Positions 1 to 12,000 of a stretch of DNA of 64,000 nucleotides are shown here, in pieces (the stretch's first letter is position 1; every line of letters starts with the position of its first letter). Both the position numbers and the translations under genes were made by a program. Where the stretch lies: IMG/VR virus record IMGVR_UViG_3300044634_004095, one strand, 5' to 3'. The notes beneath the pieces were generated by a model that was not told the origin of the DNA, made no database searches, and saw nothing but the letters and a program-made list of their open reading frames with translations. Origin of the DNA: an uncultured virus (IMG/VR IMGVR_UViG_3300044634_004095). Lineage: Duplodnaviria > Heunggongvirae > Uroviricota > Caudoviricetes.

Positions 1-3000
1 AATGTAGACGACTCCACTATTGTAATCTTGATCACTCAATGATATTTCCTCTTCAAATCTACGAACTGGCACCCCGAGTTTCTCTTGCATTTCAAGCTGT
101 TGTTCTGCGGAAATCTCATCATCATCGCGCAGTAAGATGTAAGCAATGTCGTCTTTTGTAACCCCGCTTTTACCATTCCCTGGGTGAACTTGGGCCTCTA
201 TGTAGTCAACTGCTGTTTTAATTTCTCCACCAAATATGTCATCATCTAAGTCTATGTACTGATCAGACATTGCCCTCATTCCAAATCCTGGAGCATTGAA
301 TGATGACGCAGATGCCATTGTCGAAAGTGAGTCAACCTCAGAAACGGTAGATCTAGAATTTACGCTCGGCTTAAGAACTACAAGGAACTGCCCATACCCT
401 AAGCCTATGTCCTCCATCTCTTCACCTATTCCTCCGTAGGTTGCGAAACCGTATATCGGACGCAGGCGAGGCTCCATCGATGGATGATAGCCGAACATCG
501 ATACTTCTTGAGCAGCCCTGTAGCCAGGGTCGTATGCACCATTTGATCTTCCTGCTTCAAATTGAGAAAGTATTCTTCGATCGTCTCCAGTGCCATCAAA
601 AATTTCTTCTAGCGCGTCCATGTCAAGAGCAATGACCACTCTGTCCTCTTTGAATGGACCTCGGCGCATTGTTCCGAATGTTTTAGGAACAAAATCAGAA
701 TCTGTTAGCTGGAAGTAATAATCTGTAAGTCTTCTAGTCTGATTTATCATTTTTTCGATTAGTGACGATACTGTAACTCCCAATTCTTTAGCTTCTCTTT
801 CTGCCCATAGCGTGCGCGTTGCAATAGTTGTTGCACGCTGGAGTAGTCCATTGGCAATGATGTCAGCTTCAAATTCGCGCAAGTCTGAATACTTTCTTTG
901 CAATATTTCAAGCATTTTAATTTTAGATATCAATAACTGGCGCCTGACTTCACCAGTTATATCTGGAGTCCGAACGGAGGCATAAGGGTGTATTTGATTG
1001 TATTTGAAGTAAAATTTAAAATCTTTATTATTCAACAGTTCATCGATTAGTTCACCCATGGATTCGCCTATCTCCGGGTCTATTGTCTCGTTGAGTAGCC
1101 AAGAAAGTGGTCTTCCTTCGTTTTTTGCCACCTCTAAAGAATTTGTTGGTTTTCTGAAATCAGCATCTACTGATTTCTTACCTTCTTCAAGACCTAATCC
1201 AGCAATCACTCTTGCATTTGTATTCTTTATATGACTGTATATTTCACCAGATTTAAATCGGTTACGCCCAGTGTTTTCTCGTTTCCCACTGCCTGAATAC
1301 TCATCGCTACCGCTAGATAGTCTTGCTTCTGGAAGGTCGTATGTTCCCCAGTCAACGTCTCCTGATATGAATTTTCTTTCAATTTCGGCAAACTTGTCTG
1401 ATAGCGCAGAGGGCCCATTGGGAAGTTCATGTATCTGAGTAACAATTGCTTTTCTTTTTTTGCCGAGGGTTACGATCTCGGACTCATTTAGGCACCCCAT
1501 GCCGGTAAATGGGTTGGCTAGAATTTCCTCTATGGGAATATAGGTGAAATATATGTGTGGAACTTCTTCTTCTACTCCGGCCATGCGTAAATCTGCAAAA
1601 TCAAAAGCCGTATTTCGGTTAGTGGACCAAGATGAAATCGGTCTACTTTCAATCGAAGCCTCGAATAAGAGTGGTTCATTAGTTTCTGGAATTTTCGTTA
1701 TTCTTCTAGAATCGTAACCGGATTGTTCTACTGTCATAAGTGATCCACGATAAGCCGGGACATGTGTGATGCCTTTTGACTTATAGTATTCCTGCGTTGA
1801 CTGATACATCGATGAAATAAACTCTTGCAATACTTGCGCTTGAGAAGGGGTCAACTCTGGCGCAGAATCATATTTTTGTGATCCGTTTGAGATGATGTCT
1901 TCTTCTGCCAAGGTACGAAGAAATCCAGGCTTACTTAACGATAAAGCAGAAGATTGAAAAAGATCGGCCGTGGTTGCTGAAGGCTTTACTTGCCATCCTA
2001 CCGCTTCATCCAGAGAGAACATCCCCCTTGCTACATGCTGTATTGCTAAAGACACTGGGTTTTCGTCATTTGCTGATATTGACCATGAACGAATTAGTTC
2101 GGAAACAATTTGTTCCTTTAGTATATTTTCAAAATCAGAACTATCTTTTGAAATAATGTCTTGACCGAAGTAGCTCTTTATGAAAGTTTCTTGGTCAATA
2201 AACCCCGACAAATAATACCTATTTTCAGAAAGCGGGAACGGGGTCCCCTTCAACGGCAGTTCCCCATCGACGAATGCTTCCCAGAATTGATCAGCTTTGA
2301 TTTTTCCGGTTTTCACGTATTGGTAAAAACCTAAATTTAACGCACTTGTGAAGTTTGTATTGTACATGAGTGAACTAAGCTGCTCAAAAAACTTAGGAAA
2401 TTTTTCGTAGTTTTCTACAATCGAATCCATTAACTTAACGTCAACTTCTTCAGGATTGCCAGAAATTGTAGAATAAATTTTTGTCATTGCTTCCGTTTGA
2501 AAGTCAAAATAAAACTTTTTATTTTCCCAGTAGTTTATTGTTTCTAGTTTAGACACAACACTGTAGATCTCTTCGTCTACCCTGTTTCTGTATTCGTCTT
2601 CGCCCATATCTATAATTGGCTGAACAAATATTTCATGCAGCTCTTTTCTTTTTTCTAGGGTCAGATCTGTTACTTCGTCTACTCTTGTTTTCTCATTAAA
2701 TATTTGTCCATCGGTGATATTCAACAAGAATTTGCCTGTTCCGCCATCTTCTACGTCAACCAGTATCTCAACTACTCTCTGAAAAGAGTCACCGTCCGTG
2801 ATGAAGGGGAGTCTATCAAAATCTCTTGGATCATCAGAAAGAAAGTTTTGAATTACTGGCTTAGCTCTTCCTTTTTCAACAAAAGCGTCCACAATTTCAC
2901 GCAATGAAACGTTCATTTGTCGAGAAATGTTTTTAGCTATAAAAGATTTTGCTCGAGACGCTGGACTAACTGCCATATCCATGTCTTGTTGTCTTGTAAT

Positions 3001-6000
3001 TTTATGGATGTCGTCTAGCAAGTCTGAGTTTATGTCCCAAGTCGAAGCAGTAACTTGCCCATTATTTGTTTTTTGTGCTTTTAGCTTAGGAGATGCTCCT
3101 GGCTTGAAGAAAATCTGCCCATTATCGTCTTCGACCATGTATTTTGATTTCTTAGCCTCTTCCCCTGAAGAGAAACTGTCGCTTATTTTTTCGAGGACTA
3201 CGACATCTCGATCCATCATTCTTTTGCTGTATGGATTTTTTATTTGTCGTTTTTCAATCCCTGATACCTTGAACTTCCCTGAAACAATGCCTTCCACAAT
3301 CCCGTAATTTCCACCTTCGGCGCTTGGCTTGCCTCTTGCTGACAATCCTTGCTCGTCGAAAAAAATTCCTCTTGTATCATCGGGGAATTCAAATATAAAC
3401 TTTTCAGGAATTGAACGAATAGCTGACAATTCATCGTACTCATATTTGATGGCGTCATTTATCCCGGAAGCAACAGCTGCTGCTCTAAAATTCAGTTCTT
3501 CTCCAATATTTACTACTGACCCAACATCGGGAGTCAGTCTTGCCACCCTGTATGTCCTGTGGCCGATAGGAGGGGCAGACTCAAGACCATTCCTGATTAT
3601 CTCAGCAGCTCGATAAAGGGCGGCGTCTTCGGGTACATTCTCTAGATTTTCGACCTCACCAGCTAGATGTCGACTAATCTTCCTACTTTCAGCAAAGCTA
3701 CTGCGCCACAAATTGAGAGTATCTCCCAATTCGGTATCACTCGGTACAATGCCAGGATGCCAGTGTGAGCGAATTAAGAAATTGCTCATCCTGTTTCTGT
3801 CGTTCAGCTTGTCAAGGGCATCTGAAGAACTGTCCAACTCTCCGCTTGTCGGCACGTATCTATACTGATTGCCATATCCAGACTCTTTTCTAAAATGCAT
3901 ATTTGGGAATCTTGCGATCATCACACTCATTGGGAATTCGTCTTTGAACCATGCTTCTGGAATAGAGATGCGTTCCGGGCCAGTTCCGGCAGATCTAATT
4001 TGGCTTCGGGCTGAGTCGGGATCTACAATTTCGTTTATGTTCGACAATATCTCGCCACCAGAAAAAAAAGCAGTTTGACCGGACTCGTCAACTGGGGTTG
4101 AATAATCGTTTCTAGATGTTGAAAATCTGTCATTATTTGCAATTCTTAGAATTGCGTTTTCGCTCAATAGGTAAAGAAGCGTATCTTGCTGTAATCGATC
4201 GTCTTCTCCGATTCTGAATATATCTTTTATTTTAGGGTCAGATGTGAAAGCCGTTATACTTTCTAACTTTAATTGCGTGCTTCCAGAGTGCGGTCTTGAA
4301 TCAACTCTTAGATCAAAAGCAATGTCGCGCATTTTTAGATCTATATTTTCCTTTGATCCATCTTCCCCACCGGGGAGTATCGGCGTTACGTATTTTGAGT
4401 TACCGGTCGCTTGTACTCCTGCTTCCCCGAGAGCTTCGTTTACAAGTCTTTGTCGCTCTTTCATAGTTTCGGCAAAAGCTGATTCCCAAACTTGTTGCTG
4501 TTCTGGAGTCCACTCATATTGGAGACCTTCAGGTTTTTCAACCTTAGAGTAGTCGGCTACGGCTGGTAGCTCGATTACGCGATAGGTGCCTGCTGAAAAT
4601 AAAATTCCATCTTCGGGTGGGGGCGTTAAGTAGCTGTCGACGACATACAGGTTCTCTAGAGACCCGGGATTATCCTCGTTTACTTTTTTCATCTGACTTA
4701 CGATTGCATAACTTTTTCCCTGTGCGCTGGGCCTGTACAGATGACCTTGAACAAGGTGATTTAATGAAAAATGGACACTGTGCCTATTCGTCCTTAGTGG
4801 CTCCCCGGTATATGGGTTTATTACGACTTGTTGAGTATCTTGATTTACTACATCGTAATCGCCATTTGGGTAAATTCTTAAATTTCCATCTTTGTCAATT
4901 TGTGGCTTATGAACAGTTTCATGGACCAGGAATAAGTCATCAAATTTTAGTATCCGAGTTTTGGACTCATATTGATCTTTTTCAGTGGTAACCATGATAT
5001 CGCCTGCGCGGTAGTTATTTACCCACCATGCATCGTCTCTATCTTCCGGTCTTACTCCTCCAAGGGAATACCTAGGGCTTGAACTGAAGAAATTTTCTCT
5101 TCTGTCTGTGAATATTTTTTCAGCAACGGCACTCAGTCTTTCAAGTTCTGCTAAGGCATCCCTGTCTCCACGGGCCGCAGCATACAGTAAGGCTGATGTT
5201 CTTGATTCCCGAGAACGGTCTTCATCTACTTGCGCAACTGTGGCCATAAACCAAAGACGAGCGAATTCTCGCCCCTCCTTTGACTTTGGTGAGGTATTGG
5301 AAATGACATATGGGTTCACTGGGAGTCGAAGCACACCTGGGGCATCAATTGAATCTCTTGTGAATGCTATTTGTTTTCCATTTATGTCGTGAACTGGAAC
5401 AAGTGTATCTGTCGTTTCGTTTCTGTCAGGCCTTGCGTATATCTTTCCTTTTACTTCTGCCACTGGATCTTTGGATACAGTTCCTATTCTGTCGATATCG
5501 TTTGCCCCAGAGGAGAGCCGCATGCGTTGTTCTCTAAATGAATTGCGTTGTCTAGTTGAAACCCCAGACCTCTTTGAAGGTCTTCTTAGAACTATCCTAT
5601 CCCGTGGGCCAAGATAAACCCCACCCACTGTTCTGCCGGTAATTTCATCTATTCTTCTATCCGATCCGCTTGCAAAATTTCTTCTTTCCGCGCTGCCTTC
5701 TTCGTATTCGTCATGGGTTATAAAGCGGTCGGATGTATTTGCAATTCTTGCTCGATGATTGTCCGACAATACTGCCCAACTAATAGGGTCGACAATTAAA
5801 TTCCTCAATTTGTCTTCGTCGTCTGTGACTTTCTCTATGTCATGGGAGTTTGAGTTGAAATGTCCCCTGGCAGTGACCATTAATTCAGTTGCGATTTGTC
5901 CGACCTTGAGGTCCTGATGATCATTCGAGCTCGATCCTCCGGTCTCTCCACCATCAAACGAGTTAGTACCGAAAGATAAAAGCAACTGTCTCAACTCTTC

Positions 6001-9000
6001 ATCTACATTTTCAGATGACTCGTTATTTTCAAGTATTGTTGCTCCACGTAATACGAGTGGTTTTTCTGGTTCTGGGACAAACCATGAATCAATAACGAAC
6101 AAGTTTTCAAGAGCTCCTGGATTATCCTCTATAACACTTCTTAAAGGAGTTACGATAATATTGGATTTAGATTTTCTTTCCCTGAATGAATGTCCCCTGG
6201 CTAGGTGATTCAACGTAAAGTGAATGGTTTGTCTGTGATGCTTATATACACCACCATCTTCCGTTGGGATATAACCATAGTCTCCGGCTGGTCTAAGAAG
6301 TACGTTTCCAGCTTCATCTTTTACTATGTCGTATGTTGTTTCATGAACGACATAAAGATCATCTATTGAAAGATTTCCTATACCTTTTTCATCTGCGGTA
6401 GCTTGAAAATACTTTATTTGCGCTGGAGAAAGACGTCCTTCTGTTTGTATTCTTCTTTGTTCTTCTATTAGAAGCTCGCCCTTTTTCGCAAGATCTTCAA
6501 ACTCCAACATCGAATCTGCGTCTCCACGCATTCCAGCATAAAGTAAAGCGTCTACATATGTTGATGCTTGGTCCCCGGAACTTTCGTAACGAGCAGCTCT
6601 TGCCGCTATCCAACGGATGGCCGTGTCGCGCCCCTCTGCCGAAGTTGGCGAAAGGCCACTTATGACGTACGGGTTTAATGGAATAATCTTTATTTCTTTA
6701 TCAGTAATTTGGCTCTTTATTTTTTCAGGAATATGACCAAAATAAATTTTATCGTTCCCTATGGCGTGAACTTCTCCACGCATGCGGACATCTTTACCAT
6801 TTCTGTCCTGATAAACATTAGACAATAACGTTTTTTGAGTCTGTTTATTAAAAGCTCCAGCTGGGTATACTTGAGCTGGGCCTCCTGAAGAAAATCTTAA
6901 ATCTTCGTTTTTGAGTATCTCTCTTCTGTTTGGTCCAAGCATCTCCATTGCAAGAGAGGAAGCTGGCCCGGATCGATCACGACCCTTTGGATTATTAACA
7001 AGCCTAAGTTTTGAAGAGGAGCTTTGATTTGTATTCTGTGGAATCCGACGTTGACGTTCAGCACCAGATGACAAACGCATATCTATGACTTTTCTAATTT
7101 GACTTCTAGCTACGTCGATGCGGTCTCTGGCTGCGCTTCTTAAATTTGTACCAATAGAAGTTCTTTTGATTAACCTATCTCTCTCTTCTATTTCTTTCCA
7201 CGGCGTCTCTCCGTCCCGCAATCCAAGAAATGCACGAGCATCATCTCGTAGTTTTTTTGTAATCCATCTTTCTTGAGCGGTTGGGTCTGGATGGAGAACC
7301 GCTACTGCTCCTTCTGCCAATGCCTCTATCAGGTTTGTGTTCCCGTAACTGTGCGCCGTGCTTGCAAAAGGAAGATTTAACCATTGCTCGTCAAATCCTG
7401 CTCCGTTCGGGTCTTTGGCTAGCGTGCTCTTTTGAATACTCTGTTGATCTATTAATGGTTCGAAACTATAATATTCTTCCGCGACACGTAGACCTCGGTA
7501 GCGTGCCGCTCTTCCCTCAGCGGTGCCGTAGTCTCGAATGTACTGACGACCCGTCGCTTTTAGGTCTCTGTAAGGAAGTGCGGCTGGGTTAGTAGCAAAA
7601 ACCCCTCCCAGCTCAGCCTCAATCATTGCCCGCATATGTATGTAATGAACGAGTTCGTGTTTAAAAACAGCAGATATAGATCGATCCATCACTGTTGTGC
7701 TGCCAATACTGAATTCCGAGGTAAGATCTATTTCTCCCTGAGATGTTCTTCCGGTTTCAATTGCTTCCCACGCAGCAACAATGTTCAGAGTTGGGACAAG
7801 TTGATCCAGCCAGGCTGCAGAAAGCGAATCATCTGTCTGAATGTTTTTTACTATAGGGGGAGACCCGAATGTCTCCATTAGCCATTTAAGCTCAGGACTC
7901 GCATCGAGTGAAGCTTCAACAGCTTTTCTCAAAAGATTTACATTTTGCGGAGAAAAATCAATTTCTGTCTTGCGCGATTTTAGCAATTCAATTATTAGTT
8001 TTCTCATTAATGTTCGTATTTCTTCTGGTGAAGCCCAATTGCTCGGAGGAATTGGAAACAAATCAAAAATAATTTCCATGTATTCATCTTCACTAGAAGG
8101 CACCATTAAGTTTGCAATCTGACTTGATGATAGCCCCTGCAAGAAACCAGGAGTTGATATTCTTAGTTCAACACCCATCTCCGTTATCTGCCCATATCTA
8201 TAATCCATAGATTGATGCCTCTTGAGCTGCTCTAACTCATCGCGACGCAGTGGCTTAAGGAGAGGATCAATCTTTATTATTGGCCTGTCTCTATCTGGTT
8301 TTGCAGGAGGTATTCCGACATCCAGTATTGGTCGGTCATCGTCCCCCGAGGAAAACCTTGCAGTTTCACTTTCAAAATTTATAAATCTTCTCTTAGCTGC
8401 GTCAAATTCTTCACGTGCAGTTTGAAAATTCTTTGTTCTCTCGTCTAGGAAATCTTCTCTTTGGGCCCTGTCTAGAATTCTGTTATCCCAACCGCGACTT
8501 TCTGCCTGATTAATCATCGCGTGCATGACCATTCCGGCAGCAGTTGCATCCTGTTCCGCTGAATGATGCCTATCGAGGCGCACTTCAAGATATTCGGCTA
8601 GAGCGCTTAGTGTAGTAGATGCGACTCTTGTGTCTCCGCGGATGACTGATGGACCATCTTTGTTTTCTTCAGAATATTTTGGAAGAACCATTTGAGCCAT
8701 ATCAAGAGAATCAATGTATCCAGATGGACGCCACATAATCCCGGCCTCCGCGAGAGCATCCTCAAGGACGTTTTTGTCAAATATTGCGTTTTGTACGCCC
8801 ATTATTGCGCCCGGGCCAGCGAACTCAGCGACCATGCGATGAGCGTCCTGAATACTCATCTGCTGTGCAAGCCACTCATCGGTAAGCGGCTCTCCGTCTG
8901 TTCTGTAAAGATTCAACCTTGACCACTCTCTCAATGGTTCGGTCGGATTCATAAACAAATTTAATTTGTCTATAACTTTTCCACCTCTCATCTTCACAAG

Positions 9001-12000
9001 AGCTATTTCTACTGGCTTACCATTGCTCGCACGTTCCCTGAAGCGGTCAAAGTCAATACCTGTAGTTTCGTAATCAATAAAAATTATGTCTCTATTGTTA
9101 AATATTTCTCTTAGCTCGCGCCAAGTTTTTGCTTCACCAAATATGAAGTCAGCCTCACCTATAAACGGTCCGTAACTTGGTTCGCGGGGAAATGACGGCA
9201 TTTTTACTTCACCACTGCTAAGGCGTCGGGGGTTATCGTCTGGATCATAACCAAATTCGAGAAGAGAATTTCCTTCAGTGAAAAGGTGCTTTGCTTTTAC
9301 TCGCTGACTTACTATTCTGTATTTTCCTTTTCCTCCCAGATTGGAGTCTCCGTGAAGTTTTGCGTATGACCGCAATGGGCTAACCCAGTCGCCAGCGTTT
9401 ATTTTTAGATTTTTGTCAATGTGCTTTGCATTCCTAAGCATTTCTATTTCTCGACTAATTTCGTCATAGTATTCGTTTATGTCTGATATATCTGCAGAAA
9501 CATACTTTGGAACTCGGCCATATTGTAAAATATGTGATTTCTGTGTTTCTAGTTCTTTTATTCTCTCATTGGGGAGTAAAGGAACAGCACGATAGACCGT
9601 AACTAGCGCTTCAGGCTTGCCCTTGATTTGCTTTATAATTCTAAGTGCTTCTGGAGCCAACGGGTCGGTACTGGCGTAGAGGGCAGCACCGTTTGGCCCA
9701 TAGACTTCTTCTGGATACATTCCGTCAGCAATATTGTGCATCGGAGCGCCACTGTTCCTATCGGGAGCCTGGTGGAAACCTCTGTAGTCTTCGTCCTTAC
9801 TAAATGGAACATCGGAAGTACCGCTTGAAAATCTGTCAGACCCAAGTTTGCTATCGAAACGCCTATCAGTCACATTAATTAACGCCGAGCGACGAGGCCC
9901 CTTTACGGGACCAGTCCCTCCAGTTGCGGCCTTCCACCATTTGTCGCCATCGTCTGTTGTCGCTCCCGCTGAAATCTCATAAGTTGGCATACTGATGCGT
10001 AATGCGTCAAGGAGGGCCGACCCAATCCCCATCCTTTTAAAATCTTCGCCTACTTCTATCATCGCCACAACAGCAGTACTGTCGATACTTTCGGAATTGT
10101 AATCAATGTATCCTGCTAGCTTCCCACTTTCATCGAAAGCAGCTAAGTATCCGTTGTACTGATCACGACCGGGGGAGTCACCGCCATGAGACAAAGTAAA
10201 CCTTTTGCCCCCAACATTGAATCCGACCGGGTCATCAAACGGTTTATCTTTTCCTAGCCGCTCAATTTCTATCGTTACTTTCTGGCCTGAGGAAAATTTA
10301 TTATCGTGATCCTTAACTGCTGATGAAAGAAATTTTATTGGGCTTATTTCCCCCGATGCTAGCGGAAGTTTGTTTTTAGTTGCAGCGTTCCGTGAGTTCA
10401 TTTCGCTTGTAGACCATTCGTCGACTACTGACGCAGGGAGCCGATCAAGCAATAGCTTTAAGCGGAGATCTTGATTTTTTTGATATCGCTCCTTATCTAT
10501 TACTCTGCGATAGCCAACTTCTATGCCATTTCCGTTATTCAATTCCGAAAAGAAAGTAGATAAAGATTCTTTATTTGCTTTTGACAGCATCTCTTCAGGA
10601 TTCTTAAAGGATGAATAAGTCATTCCGTTTTCAGTGTAGTAACCGCTTAGGAGTTGTTCTCTTTCTGTTTTTGTAAAATATTTTTTTGTTGCGGTGTCGT
10701 TGTTTTCTGCCAAAAGCTGCCTATGCAGCGCCCCGACCATTTTTGATCTAGAGGCGGCCCCATTCCACTCAAAACCGTTCATGCCCCAATAGGTTGCTCC
10801 GTTTGAGGAATAGGCATCTCCAAATGGAGAGTCCTTCACTATGTCGGATCTGCCGGTGAGACTTATTGAATCAACTTCTAGAGCTTTCCATATATTTTCA
10901 GAGTAAGCCATGAAAGAAGTGCTAATCCCTGAATTCCTAAGCTCAGGCTTTACGAAAATTTGGTTTAAATCAACCGAGAGACCGGTATTTGTAATTGATA
11001 ATTTAAAGCTAGCCGTACCAACGTCTGACAATTCTTGAACATTTGTTCCAGCTACATTTTCTTGAGGAAAACTTAATTTTACATCAACATAAACGGGCAA
11101 AGATTCTCCCGATGCAACAACGCTCGCTCCGTAGTCCACGCTGCTTACTTGAGATGATAAAGGCAATTCTTCTTGTGCGAATATGTTTGATCGAGAAACA
11201 TCGATCAACAATTCTGATCCAAGATTGAACCTCTCTCCACTAGAGCTTTCTACTACAACATTATTTCTTAGAGGAATAGAAATATTGTTAAATAATTTAT
11301 TCAGTGATTGCAAAAAGTTGTCTTTTAGGCTGTCGTCATCGGCAAATTCTAAGTATGAAAATCTTTCTGGCTGCTCAATATTCTTGTTTTCTGGAGTAAA
11401 TAATTTTCCAGAACGCCATTGAATCGATGGTAAAACAAAGTTGACAATCATGTCTCTTGTGTCGAAAGCGTTGGTAAGTTTTTCACCATCTAGTTTTTGT
11501 CTTTCGACTTCTGTTTCATAATTGGCACCAGAAGAAAAGGTGTCCGAGCCACCATCGACGGAGCTAATTTCTCTATCTTCAAAGTCTATTGAAGTATTTT
11601 TATCTAAATTATAAAACTCGTGAAGGTTAGAAATTGTATTTAGCAAACCATTTAATGGTCGATTAGCAGGGGTTGCCTCTGCGAATGCTCTACCGTCATC
11701 GCTAAGTGCGTTGCTGTGTTGAAGGTTGAATTCTGGAAAAGCTTCTCTTTGCGTGTAGAACATCTCTGCCGCAATACCGCGCCTGCGGTGACCGCGTCTT
11801 GTCTGGATTTCCAAAACTTCTAGCTGGCCATCATTTGGAGCCCAAACTGACATCCTTGCTATGACTGGTGCGGTTCCTTTTCCCGTAAGGCTCCGAAGTA
11901 CGTCCTGGTCATCGACATCATTTGGACCAATTGGTGATTTCTTTTTATTAAAAGGGTTTTCGCCTTGTTCGTCAAATATTTTTGCAAGAGAATTGCGTTC

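Noticed and set aside
4585..4600. FSAG at ~4590, and LASG near 10350, as extra junction motifs
   Set aside because: They lie inside or at the tail of modules rather than at clear boundaries, so they were not counted.
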